Positions 27,294-42,200 of a stretch of DNA of 64,000 nucleotides are shown piece by piece. The notes beneath the pieces are model-generated. The model was not told the DNA's origin and did no database searches. It saw only the letters and a list, made by a program, of their open reading frames with translations. The stretch's first letter is position 1. Every line of letters begins with the position of its first letter. The translations under genes and the position numbers were made by a program. This DNA comes from the human T2T-CHM13v2.0 reference genome, Homo sapiens: the NCBI RefSeq assembly GCF_009914755.1, contig NC_060926.1. One strand, written 5' to 3'.

Positions 27294-27898
27294 GAATGTA
27301 GATGCATGGATCAGTGGAACAGAACACAGTACTCAAAAATGACATAAATATACCTAACCAGTCCCAGGAACACAAGCAGGCTGTAGTATGAGAGGAACCC
27401 TATTGTGTGCTTCTTTGATCACACACTTTATTTTTTGATCCACCAGACTGTTTCATCCAGAGTGGAGCGAAGTTGCAAAAGCAACCCAATATACAAAAGA
27501 TAGCCTTTTCAACAAATAATATGAAAGTCATTGGACATCCACGTGCACCACATAATTTAAACAAAAATTAACTCACAATGGAGACATAAACATGTAATAC
27601 TATAAAACTTTTAGGAAAAATTTATAAGAAAAATTTGGAAATCTATGACTAAGGAAATAGCTCTTAGACTTGAAACCAAGAACATGATTAAAAAGGAAAA
27701 ATGATAAATTGCACCTCATTAACATTAAAAATTTTTGGACAAAAAAAAGTTACTGTGAGAGAATATGTGCAAACCATGTGTCTGACAAAGGACTAGTATC
27801 TAGAATACATAAAGAACTCAATACGCAACAGTAAATATAAATCCAATTTAAAAACGGACAAAGGACAGGAACCTCCATTTCACAAAAAAGGACATACA

Positions 27899-29110
27899 TA
27901 TATCAAACTTAAAAGCTTCTGCACAGCAATCTATACAATTAACATAGTGAGGAGACAACCCATGGATTAGGAGAAAATATTTGCAACCCAGACATCTGAC
28001 AAGGAGCTAATATCCAAAATACATAAGGAACTCAAACAACTCAATAGTAGGAAAACAATGAACTCAATTAAAAAATGAGTAAATGACTTGAACACACATT
28101 CCTGAAAAGAAAACATTGAAGTGACCAATAGATATATGAAAAAGGCAATAATCATCAGGAAAATGCAAATTAAAGCCACAATGAGATATCACCTCATACC
28201 TGTTAGAATAGCTATTATCAAAAAGACAGAAGGTAATTAGTGTTGATAAGGATGTGGAGAAAAGAGAACCCTTGTACACTGTTGCTAAGGAGGTAAACTA
28301 GTACAGCCATAGGAAAAAGACATAGGAGTTTCCTCTAAAAACTAAAAATAGAATTTCTATTCTATTTTTCAATATATTTTTGGATAAATCTGGATATATA
28401 TCCAGATTTGGGTATATATCCAAAGGAATTGAAGTCAGTATGTCAAGGAGTTATCTGTACTCTTATCTTCATTGCAGCATTATTCATAATAGCTAAGACA
28501 TGGCAGCAAACTAAGTGTCCATCAACAGATGAATGGATAAAGAAATGTGATGTGTATATACCGTGGAATACTATTCAGCTTTTACAAAGAAAGAAGTTAT
28601 CTTATTTATGCCAACATGGATGAACCTGGAGGACACTATGCTAACTGAAATAAACTAGGCACAGACAGACCAATACTGCATGATCTCATGTACATGTAGA
28701 ATATTCAGAAAGATAGAACTCAGAGAAGTGGAGAGTAGCATAGTGGTTACCATGGGCTGGGCAGTGTGGGGAGACAATAGGGAGATGCTGGTCTTAGTCT
28801 TTGTGGAAAAAGTTTTGTTTAGATGGGAGGAATAAATTTTAGAGATCTATTGCACAGCACAGTGACTATAGTTAATGTATTGTATATTTCTAAATTGCTG
28901 AAAGAGTGGATTTTAAAAGTTCTCACAACAATAATGATAAATATGTGAAGTGATGTGTATGTTGATTAGCTTGATTAATCATTCCACAATGTATATATGA
29001 ATACATTGTGGAGTGATTAAATGATAAAACATCACATGGTACCCCATAAATATATACAGTTATTATCTGTAATTAAAAATGACCTAAACTTTAAAATAAT
29101 ACAATAATAA
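27899..29110 (+). mobile_element. L1MA 3' fragment nested in L1MC
   Basis: ORF2 C-terminus and L1MA 3'UTR (gagatctattgcacagca, ttagcttgattaatcattccacaatg); TSD acaaaaaagga(c/t)ata at 27882 and 29111. Confidence 0.85.
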
Positions 29111-31049
29111 ACAAAAAAGGATATATAGATGGCACACAAGCACATAGAAATACACTCAACATCCTTAGCCATTAAGGAATTGCACATTAAAACCACACTA
29201 TACACTATACACCTATCAAAGTGGCTAAAATAAAAACCAGTGACAATACCAAATATTAGCAAGGTTGCTGAGAAACTGGATCACTTACACATTACTTGTG
29301 AGAATGTAGAATGGGATAGCCACTCTGGGAACCCACTTAGCAGTTTCTTATAAAACTAAATATTCAACTACCATACAACCCAACAATTACATTCTTGAAC
29401 ATTTATTCCAAAGAAATCAACATTTGTGTTCCACAAAACTGAAACACAAGTGTTCATAGAAGCTCTAGTCACTCAACAAGTGACTGGTTAAACAAACTGC
29501 GGTACATCTATACCTTGGAATTCTAATCAATGATAAAATAGAACAAATTCTTGATACAAACAACTATTTTGGATGACTCTCTAGAGATTTACACAGAGTG
29601 AGGAAAAAACTAATACAAAAGGTTACATACTGCATGATTCTATTCATACAATATTCTTGAAATCATAAAATCATAGACAAAATGAACTGGGTTAGGAGCG
29701 GGGTGGTGTGAGGGTAGTTGGTGTGGTCAGAAAATGACAACACAGGGATCTTTGTGATGCCAGAACTGTTGACTATCTTGACAATCAATGTGAGTATCGT
29801 GATTGTGATATTGTAGTGAAATTTTGCAAGATGTTATTCAGGGAAACTGAGTAATTGTCTCCTGGATCTCTCTGTAATATGTTTTATAACTGCATGTAGA
29901 GTTACAGTTATTTTAAAATAAATATTTTAGTTTAATTTTTTTTTAAAAAAAAGAATGTTGGATGGGTGATGTCATTACAGTCATCATTGGAAACAATAGC
30001 TGCCACCCAGTCCAGCAGGAAGTGCAGGGTTCCCTCTGGCAGGCCAAACACTGCTGTTCATCCTCCAGAGCAATACCCCTTGGAGGAAAACAGTTGACTT
30101 GCTAAGGAGCCCATTCTGACACTCCTCATAACAAGGGTGACATGTAATCCTGCTGCTTTCTCCAGTGTCCCCTGTGCTCCTGAATTTTACTACTGCTTAT
30201 TACTCCAGGTCATCTTGGATTCTTTGAAGCTTTTCTCCTACACCAAAACTAGCAGAGGAGAAAGTGATAGCTTGAGGATGACTGCTTTCTTAGCACCTCT
30301 GAGTTCATTTCCTCCTGAAACAGGCGCAGCCTGAGAGTTACGGAGGAAAAGACAGGGCTGGAAGCCTGCTTTTAGCATCCTACATTTTCTTGAACACCTC
30401 CAATCTTTTTGCTGGGGCAATCCTAGCTCTCCCATCAAGAGAGCTGGGGACTGGAGAGAGGGTATGGGAGAGAGCACATGTATGCCAGCCAGGATACTTT
30501 AAAAAGCCACCGGCCCCAGAATCAGCAGAAAGTCCTGTGAAAGGAAATGCACTGTGTGCCCCTCATCGAACACATTTTGTTTTCTTGTGCTCCAGAACTG
30601 TTCCATCCCTGGAAAATTGCAGGCATGAAATAAATGTGAGTTCTTCCACATCAATTCTCCGTCCCCAGATTTCTTAACTTTGAAATAAAGAGAAAGCTAT
30701 TATTTCACTACAGGTTTCATTTTTTATTTGTTAGAATCCTTAGACTTTATCTCAGATTCTTTTTATCTTTCTCCAGCTGGTGTGCCTGGGAAGAAGATCA
30801 TAGCTTTTATTTACAGGAGACAGGAAACAGGTGCTGCCATCTAGGAAATTGTAGGAGGCTATAGGACTTCCCCTTAGTCGAAAGAACTCTTTAAGCAAGA
30901 CTTTATTTTACATGTTTGTAAACATGGTGACTGCTCCTTGAACAGTATACTCAGGGGCCTAAGTTTATTAGGAAGCATGGACCTTCCTGTCAATAACCAA
31001 CCCTACTGGTTTCTCTGCTCCAGGTTTCAGCCCTATTGTGTCCTATACT

Positions 31050-31430
31050 AATGGATCTCAACACTAAAATCACCTGAGAGCCTTAAAAATATACAGACAG
31101 TTTCCACAGAGGAATTTCTTGTGTAGTTTGGTCTGGGGTGGATCCTAAGTGTCATGGGTTTGAAAGGTCTCCAAGAGTTCCTGTGCAGCTAGGGTTGAGT
31201 CAATGGTCTAGAGTGAAGAGTGGTTTTCCTCAAATGCAGCTGTGACCCTATTTTCCTTTCATAACCTTTCATAACCCAGGTAATGGCTTCTCAGGACAGA
31301 CCCATTTCTGGGCAGTTTTTAAAGTGCAGATGTCCTATTCTGGAACCATTAAATCTGAATCAGAGGGCATTGTTGAAAAGCCTTAGAGATAATTATAGGC
31401 CCCACCCTGGCTAAGAAGCATTGATATTAG
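31050..31430. mobile_element. Two decayed hAT-Charlie MITEs (MER5-like)
   Basis: aatcacctgagagccttaaaaatatacag...ggtctgggg and tttttaaagtgcagatgtcct...aaatctgaatc patterns. Confidence 0.45.
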
Positions 31431-32340
31431 AATCTAAAATCTAAATTGCCTTAGTATACCTTTCAAGACCCTCTTTTCCATAACTGTCCACTGCCAGCCT
31501 TTTTCAATAGCTGTTTCATATGCACACCTATTTCCAGCTTTATGAAATGATCTGCATTTCTCTCAGTGGAAGCCCTCACTTCCTACAGCAGCTCCCCCAC
31601 CTCACTTTCCCTCTACCTCTCTGGCCACTCATTTTCTGTCCGTTTTGCAAACTCCTTTTCCTCTAAGAAAGGAATCACATAATTACCCAAGGCTCTGAAT
31701 CACAGTGTGTAAGTCAGTATTTATTTTTAATGAATGAAATAAACGTATCATATATTTTTACAATTTCAGACATGTTGCATGCTTTATTTTCTGCTAGGAC
31801 TACCCTTTTATCCCTTCCCTTTTAAACTTTTAAACTTCCATTTATCATTTAAAGTTCAATTCACCTTTCTACTTCTTCTATATAAAGTAATAGTAAAGTT
31901 AGGCACTCTCTTATGGATTGATTTATTCATAGTAGAAGCTTTATTGGAGGGTTTGTTATAAATGATTACTTGTTTACCCATCTGCCTCCACCCAGTAAAT
32001 AGTGAAATCTTTAAAGATTGGAGGATGAAAGAAGACATTGAATACTGTGAGTGGCAGAGTTAATACTTTTTAGTGAATGGACTTAAGAAATACTACCTTG
32101 TGTCTGCTCTGTGCAAGAGTCTATGCTACTTAGATGAATTAGTGACGTTATCTAATTTGTTTTGCTCTTGCAATGGAAATGTGGCCTTGTTATTTCTCAT
32201 ATTTTAAGGAGAAACAATAAAAATATTTACCCTCAAATTTCTTCTCAGAGATGTAAGAGTTGATTAGAAGAATGTTTATGATGTATGTTTAAATCCTTAG
32301 AAATCTCCTTTGAGAAAGGCAAAGCTGTAAATTGATATGA

Positions 32341-32445
<105 letters not shown>

Positions 32446-32460
32446 TAAGATTATGCTCTT

Positions 32461-32759
32461 TTTTTTTTTTTTTTTTTTTGAGACGAAGTCTTACTCTTGC
32501 CCAGGCTAGAGTTCAGTGGTGAGATCCGGCTCACTGCAAGCTCCACCTCCTGGGTTCAAGCGATTCTCCTGCCTCAGCCCCACGAGTAGCTGGGACTATG
32601 GGTGCCCGCCACCACACCCGGCTAATTTTTTTTGTATTTTTAGTAGAGACGGGGTTTCACCGTGTTAGCCAGGATGGTCTCGATCTCCTGACCTTGTGAT
32701 CTGCCCACCTTGACCTCCCAAAGTGCTGGATTTACAGGCGTGAGCCACCGTGCCCAGCC
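32461..32759 (-). mobile_element. Alu (AluY/Sc8-like)
   Basis: caccgtgttagccaggatggtctcgatctcctgacc; TSD aaga(t/c)tatg(c/t)tctt at 32447-32460 and 32760-32773. Confidence 0.9.
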
Positions 32760-32976
32760 AAGACTATGTTCTTAACCAAACAAGAGCTGCCTGGAAATTT
32801 TAATTCCACTTACTAGAAATAGTTTTGTGCAGGACTATCTATCCATCTCCCCATCTTCTCTGTCCTGCCTCAGTTCTTGGTGTTCTGGGACATTGAGCAT
32901 AATGCCTGGTAGTCATCAAATACTCAATAGGTTGTAATAACAATTACAGTCGTCATGATTATAATAATATAGTTAA

Positions 32977-33289
<313 letters not shown>

Positions 33290-33379
33290 ACCAGTAAATA
33301 TCTTTTGAAGACTTTCAAGCACATAGGTTTTTATTTTATTTTTTGTTTTGTTCTGTTTTCTCCAAATTACCTTACAAAA

Positions 33380-33850
33380 ACAAGCTTCCAAAGGAGTCAG
33401 GCCCAGGGTTAACAATTCACTTACACAGTAATGTCAGGCTTTTGGATCTGTTTCTCTGTGCAGCTCTTGGCTTTCTCCTCATGATTACAAGGTGGCTGCT
33501 GCAGTCCCAAGCATCCCATCTTCAGACAACATCTCCAGAAACAAGAAGGAGAAGAGGTTTTTTTTCTAGATATACCTTATTTCTTTTTCACAAAGAAACA
33601 CTTTTTCCCAGAAGCCCCAACAGACTCCTCCCAGCTCCCATTAAGGCAGAATGGAATCATGAGCCCATCTCTTAACCAACTCCTGGTAAAGAGTCATGGG
33701 GTTGCTAGAACTGACTTAGTCCTATCAAGTCTCATCTTTTGACCCTGGGGAAGAAACTCACCTACCTTGAACACTTTATTACTCAATACCTGGACAAAAT
33801 CTGATTCTCTTAGGTAGGGATAAGGAGAGGAAGCTCTTAGCAGAGCACTG
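33380..33850 (-). mobile_element. ERVL-MaLR LTR (MLT1K/L-like)
   Basis: caaggtggctgctgcagtcccaagcatc, tttcccagaagcccc, catgagcccatctcttaaccaa motifs. Confidence 0.6.
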
Positions 33851-33854
33851 TCTG

Positions 33855-34025
33855 TCTCAGGTAGGTATTCTTCTTATTCTCATTGAATAAATGGGAAAAC
33901 TGAAGCTCAGGGGAGTTGAGTAACAAACTCAAGGTCACACAGAAAGCATGTGGCATAGATGGGACTTGGACCCAGCCTCAATCAAGTGATTTCAGAGTCC
34001 AGACTCTCTTCAACTAAGCTGTACA
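33855..34025 (-). mobile_element. MIR SINE
   Basis: atgggaaaactgaagctcaggggagttgagtaac...caaggtcacacag...gggacttggacccag. Confidence 0.75.
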
Positions 34026-35695
34026 GTTCACGGTTCATATGTGACGCATCATACAAGTCCCAGGGGGCTATCCTCTGGGAAAGGGAGAAAACCAGTATTC
34101 TTTATTACTAATCCTCCATAAAAATATTCTAGATCCTCACTGAAGGGCAGAGGGACATGGGGCCTGTGGAACTCCAGGAAGAGAAGGCCTCGGCATTCCG
34201 TCCTCCCCTCATCCCTGAGTATTGTGGAAAATGGAGCAGCACCTTCCGGAGAGTGAGGCCGGTAGGCAGGGCCACAGGATGAGGAGAGGACCCTCTCCAC
34301 CATTCCCCAGGGAACAAGAAATAACCAGGCTCTGGGAGGGAATGGCAGGTCCAGGGCCCAGGAGCTCTTGCCCACAACTGCGATAGCTGTGAGATGAGCT
34401 TGGGAATGGAAATAGAGTTCATGGGGCCACAGTGCCTCTTGGGGAGATTACTGCATAAGGAGGAGTCACATATGTTTTGTCTCAGCATCAGTAGAGCCTC
34501 TGCAGGCCCACAGCTCAGGGCTGCCAGCCCACTCCCTTCTCAATTTTGGCAAGATGTCCGGTCTGCGGTGGTGGTCTGTACCTGAGCAATCTCTAAGTCT
34601 GGAGAGGGAAAGCCTGCAGATCCCACCTGGCCAATTTACCTTATGCTTCTTAGTCTGTCATTCAAAGCCTTTCATCACCTCATCCCTTTTCCAAATCTAC
34701 TTATAACAATAAACCAGTTCACATGAGTTGCCCCTAAGTGTTTTGCCAAATATCTACCCACACATGTGTTTTTATTAGATTTCCTCTGACTACATAATCT
34801 TTGGTGTCTCTCTGATTAAATTAATTCTGTTTATCCATAAAGGTGTTTGATAAATGTTGCTGGTTCAATCACCTAACAATTTGCATGTGTGGGCACATAT
34901 GGGTACATGCACTCAAACACACACACAGGTTAGATGGTTAGGATACACCACACCAAAATAAATTCTAAATGGAGAAAACATTATATATTTTTATAGGAAA
35001 CAATAAAACATCTAGAAGGAAAAAAATGTGAATTTTCAATAACATTTTTTGGGAAAAAGTTTAGTGCATAGCAAAAAAAAAAAAAAAACAACCCAGAAAC
35101 CATGAGAGGAACATAAGGAAACATGAAAAACTAAATATGTGAACACTCAATGTAAAAAAGGAAAGATTTTTTTTAAAACTAAAAAATATTGTGACATATA
35201 TTCAACAAATTGTTATTCATTTTAACATATAAAGAGCTCTTACATGTAACAGAAAACCATAGCAGCAGTAATGCAGATAGGCTAAGGCTTTGGAATAGCT
35301 AATTTATAGAAAATAAGTTTCCAATAAATAGAAAATAGGTCAGTATTTATTGTAACTACAGAAGTGCAAGTTAAAATTACGCAGTGTATTTTTAAACCTC
35401 GAAGTGAAAAGTTAAATCTCTAATTGTAATACCTGTGTTGGTGAGGGTTCAGAATAACGTGACTCTTATAGCAATAAAACTATAAATTGGCTCAGCTCTT
35501 CCAAGTATACAATTTTGGCATCACAGTGGTGCAAAGGTCATAACAGTTTTTGCATTGTTGAGATTTGCCGTTTGATATTGGAATACATTCTTAAATAAAT
35601 GTGGTTATGTTATATATCATTTTAATGCACACGTCTCACTTTGTTTTTTGATAATGACTTATTACATGCTGTATATTTTACATTTATCTTAGACT

Positions 35696-37054
<1,359 letters not shown>

Positions 37055-38089
37055 TAAAGATGTGTTTGAGCCTAGTTATAATGATTTAAAATTCACAGTC
37101 TGAAACAGCAATTACTTTTGCACCACATTAAAAAGTTTTAAATATAGACCTGTATACTCTTTGATTTAATTATTTCACCTTTAGGAATTTATCCTTAGGA
37201 AATCATTAGCAAAGATATGTCTGCAGGAATTTTCATTGCTGCATTGCCGAAGACAGGAAAATCAATAACCTAAATATTTATCAGTAGACACTCAAATTAT
37301 GATGGTACATAAGGTTAGTTGGAATGAAAATACAACCATTTAAGTGGAAAGTAGTAAAATGAATTAATTTTAGAGGAAAATTTCACAATATATTGTTATT
37401 AACAAAATTGTTCAAAAATATATTTTAAAAATATATGTGTGCCTGTATATACACATGGTACACGTAAAGGGTCTTCTGCGTGTTTTTCTATTTTCTCTAA
37501 ATTCTCTATAATTAAAATATATTACTTTTGTAATGAAATAAATTTATCTTTATCCTATCCCTCTTTCCAGGCCCTCTTCACCTATAATTTTCACAAAATG
37601 TTCTCTGATTTTCCCAAAGAGGGCATTTCTTCTATGAAGTTCTATAGCATTCATTGTTTATATAAAACTCATAAAATATTTATGAAATCCCACATGAGTT
37701 GTACGTTTTGTTACTGTTGTTATTTTTCTCTGAACAAGGCCTGTCTTCCCTACGAAACTATCAGCTCCTAAAAGTCCAGAACTTGACATTGTGCTTTTGT
37801 ATTCTCTATAAAATATTTAGTAATTCATGTGTTCAGGAAATGAATCCATTTCAATGAAGTTTTATCCTTATGTAAAGCTTTCTGAAATATTGTATGAAGA
37901 GTAATCCTACAAATAAAAGAAGAGTAAGAATGCTAATGTCCTTTTACCTGGGGAGGAAACTGAAACTCAAGGTTTAAAAATACATCTAGTTTATGTCAGA
38001 ACCAGATTGAACCTAGCTTTGCAAACCTCTAGACCTCATTTTCTCCCACTCTACCAGAAATAGCACACGTGCACCACGGGGATTGTTAT

Positions 38090-38560
38090 TGTAATGGCAC
38101 TTGTGATTCACACCGCCCAGTATCCATGCTTTTGTATCACTCCCTCTCGTCACCTCTGGGCTTGGCCATGTGACGTGCCTAAGCCAATGGAACATCACAA
38201 ATTTGATGCTGGCAAAAACTTGACAAGGGCTTATACATTGAGGAGCCTGGCCTTCTTGGGACACTGCCAACATCATTAAAAAAATAAAAAATAAAAAATC
38301 CAGGCTATCCAGCTGAAGAGGCCACAGGAGGAGAACCAAGAAGCTCCAGAAGACAGCCACGTTAACTGCCAGGGATTTGCATGGGGCTGACTTGAATCAT
38401 CCAGCCTCAGGCCAGCCACCAGTTGAAAGCAGTTGATTAAGGAACCCCAGGCCAAGACCAGAACTGCCCAGCTAAACTCAAACAGAAATACAGAAACCTA
38501 AGCAAATAAATGGTGTTATTTTAAGCCACTATGTTTTGGAGTCACGTATCGTAACAGGTA
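38090..38560 (+). mobile_element. ERVL-MaLR LTR (MLT1H-like)
   Basis: gggcttggccatgtgac..gccaatgg, agaactgcccagct, aataaatggtgttattttaagccactatgttttgg. Confidence 0.75.
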
Positions 38561-39159
38561 CACATGTCTATCATGGCCTCCTAACCCTACTTGCAGCCCC
38601 AGCTGACAATATCCATCACAAAATATACCTAAGGAATCACAGCACTCTTTCCCATGGAGACCTGGCTTGATTTCAGCATCTTTCTCAACAAAGACTCTGA
38701 ACAGACCTTTCCAATCGTAAAAGCCAACATATAAATGTAAAACTCTTTGCAATCTCTGAATAAGATAATCCTTTCTCTTATCTAATGGGGCAAATTGAGA
38801 CAGACAATGTTTTGAGTAAGATTTAAATGTAAGCGTCAGATCGCTCCAAAATTTAATCTGAGTTAGATTCATTTTTAGAATCAAGGGAGCTCTACTGCTA
38901 ATTCATCCATCCATAATCGCACGATGAGATGGATGGCAAGATGCATCCCGCTGACCTCCATATTATGGCTGAACTGGTAAGTGGTGGCCTCTTCTCTAGG
39001 TTTCCAAGGTGAGAAAGGAAGGTGAGGGTTGAATGATAATTACCCTTTGCTGTATATTCCACACACCCCACCCTCCCATTGAGGCAAAGACTTTAACATC
39101 AAAATCCTAAAAGCCTCAGTGGAAGTCAGTACGGTGGCCCAACTTTCCTTTAGGAAGAT

Positions 39160-39290
39160 TTGACCATCTGTGACTCACTTTCCTCATCTGTAAATTGAAG
39201 ACTGTTACATCTGTCCCTTATGGGATATTATAATAGCAAACGAGGTAGTATACAAGAAAACATTTCTTCAGAGGAAAGCAGCTGTAATTA
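39160..39290 (+). mobile_element. MIR fragment
   Basis: ctgtgactcactttcctcatctgtaaattgaaga core. Confidence 0.6.
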
Positions 39291-42200
39291 TCATGATTTA
39301 AGAGAACACAGAAATTGCTGTGTTCCGTTCTGTTTACCAAAATGTGATACATCTTCCTATTGTTGTCAATTGAATTCCTACTAGGTATGTGAATTTTTAG
39401 TTTTCTTTACAATGATTTCAATGAAACCATAATTTAGCTGTTTTACTATCAGTCCAGCTGTTTTATCATCAGTAATTTCAGTTTGGGTAAAGTCGTTTTC
39501 TGATAAATTGTATATGGTTTGGAAACTCTCTAGTATTTCTTTGAGAAATAATTTCCTTTTATACGTTAAAATTAAAAAAAAAAGTTTGTAGTCAATGATA
39601 TTTTATAAAAACAAAAGATTTATCAATAAAATTTTTCAATAGTTATCATATCTAGAACTGCAAATGTTTATGTTTTCAGGCTGAATTAAAAGTTTAACTG
39701 CACTAGTAGACAAACTTTTCAGCTATCTATGACTTAACGGAAACTTTTTCTTAAACCGAAAATGCAAATGTGAAAGCATTCCTAGTGATTAAAAAGTCTC
39801 ATAATCAGTTGTGAATCCTAAAAATTTTCATACAGAAAAATATCTTACTGTCATTTCAGAAACTTCCAGTTTCTTCCTCAAACTAAAACAATAAAAAAAG
39901 ATGTTCATGTCATTTCTCATTTTAATGCTTAGTTTAAGTCATAAACTCAGCAAAATAAAGTGAGTTGAGGCAATATACAAATAAATAAATCCCAAGTCCC
40001 CTTTTCTTTTCTTTCTTAGATGATCATTCTCTAGTTAAACTTTCATTATTAACTAAATTTTAATAAACTTTAGTCAAATTTTCATATTCCTTTTAATCGT
40101 GTGCAGTGTAGATCCCTGAACATTGAATGCAAACCTGTGCAAATTTTTGAAGTCCAAACTTGAATGCAAATAGTTTCATAGCAACTTCATTTCTTACTAT
40201 GTCTTACCTTTTTGTCTTACTTGCTCTCTCCTAACCCCATAAGGGCAGTTGGGTAGATAGTAGTATTATCCATGTCTTAGAGATGATGCATGCCGAGCCT
40301 GGAGAGATTACTCTGACTGAATAAACATCAACAGGGCCAAACTCAGTTGTCTGGACTTCTAGCCATTGAGTAATGGAAACATGGAGGGAACTTCTTTCCA
40401 GAATGGTGTGGTTAGCATGCAGATTTCCAGGCCCCACTGGCACTTCAGTGGGCACCTTTAGCTCAGCCACAAAACAACTTCCTCTTGGGTCAGGGTCAAC
40501 AGCTGTGCTCTGGGGAGCTGCTGCACTTTTGAAATCTCTTTTCCCTGACTTGTGTCAAAGCTCACAAAACAATTATTTACCTCGGTTTCCCAGCAGTTTC
40601 TGCAAGACTTGCAAGACTTGTATTACCTACATGCTCTGTAAGTCTGAATTGCCAAGTTAAACTTTGTGAGGGAACTGATGGATAAGCCTGCTCCTGTCCC
40701 CAAGCCACCAGCTGCAACCTGCACTTACAAATCACCTTGAATTGAGTCCAGTCTTCTTTGGGTGGATGCATGTGCTGTTACAACCTCTCTAGTAAGGTGC
40801 AAGGGTCATTCTGCAGGACCTGAGCAACTGGAATAACGTGGAGTGATCAAGCCTCTTTAGAGGTTGGGGGAGCACATTTTGTTAAAGAGTATCTGCTCTT
40901 GATGGTCTTAGATTGGACCCAATTTGACCTAGTAAAACTCTGTGGAATGAACAGGAGGATGAAGGCTATGAAGGGAATTCACAGAAGTTATTGCCAAAAG
41001 ATGCCAAGGAGTGGTGGGACAATGGCCAGGCAGGACATCCCCCTATACCTGGGGAATAAGCTCTCTTGTAGAGAAGTAAAGACAGTCTTGCTTACCACAA
41101 TACAGCTTATCTGAGACCCTCATGATGCCCCTGATCTGACGCCAGATTCATCAGAACCTTCTAAGACACTGAACTTCAGCCAAGAGCTCTCCAAATATAA
41201 GCCTACAGAGCTACTCTTATTTAAATTAGTTACCTAGCGTCCTAGAATATTCACTTTAAAATAAAATCCAGCCATGTGTTCACCAGTTAAGGAGAACAGA
41301 TTCTTGCTGCATTTACAATGTGGAGCAGAGTTTGGTGTCTGGATGGGAAGAGAAAGTGGCCCTGTCAAACGAAGAATGAAGTTGTTTGTTCTTGGAAGGT
41401 TGTCAATCAACAACTTTGAGTGCCTGCCTCTTTGCTCACTGCATAGCGCTGAGTGTTATGTTGAAAGCACGTGAGGAGCCAGGAGAAAGGAGCCGTATCA
41501 TTACCCATTATCAAACCCAAAATACGATGTTTGTTTTCTCATGTGGAAATTATTCTGTGGGTGGGGTGAGAGGAGATAAATATATATATGAGTTAGTCAG
41601 CCAAAATGAGTAACTGAAATAATAACTTTTTAATGAAAAATGATTAGAATAAATAAAAATGTTCACCAAAACTAGGTCATTCTCTCAGGTCCTGGCTTTA
41701 AAAACTATTATGGCAGAACCCAGCGTTAGAGATCAGGATTCATGGTGCCATCCCTTTGCAGGGCATGGCTTTGTGCATCTGCCTGGATCGTTTGGGTCAG
41801 GGCAGTTCATCAAAATTGGGGAGCCTAAAATAAGCCCAGGGATTGAACAATCAGAGACATATTTGCAGAAACTTAGACTCATGGCATCCTAAAGCTTCTC
41901 AGCTTGGCCAATAAGACAAAATTTCAGTATAATAAGTGAGTTCACTTATAGCACTTAAGCCATATTTTCTAACCCAAATATTTGTTAGGGAGAAAACAAA
42001 AGAAAACTTAGAAATACAGAAATTAAACATGATTGACTCCTATGGACAGCTGAAGTCCAGCGAGGAGTTAGCCGGGTCTTGGAAAGGAGCACTATAAAAT
42101 CACTTTTTATTTTGGACAAACTAGATCAACTCATAACATCTCATCATATAAGAGCTTCAGGTAAATGTTAAAGGAAACTTCAAAATAAGTGGATATTCAT

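Larger units (their letters stand above)
24555..29955 (+). mobile_element. Old L1 (L1MC1-like): 5' region, decayed ORF2 and 3'UTR, with nested AluY and L1MA
   Basis: ORF2 peptide remnants (KEERSQINNLSSNIRKLEKEKQNKPK at 25235-25441; LFADDMI RT motif ~26390-26410); 3'UTR ttttgcaagatgtt...gatctctctgta...actgcatgt. Confidence 0.85.
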
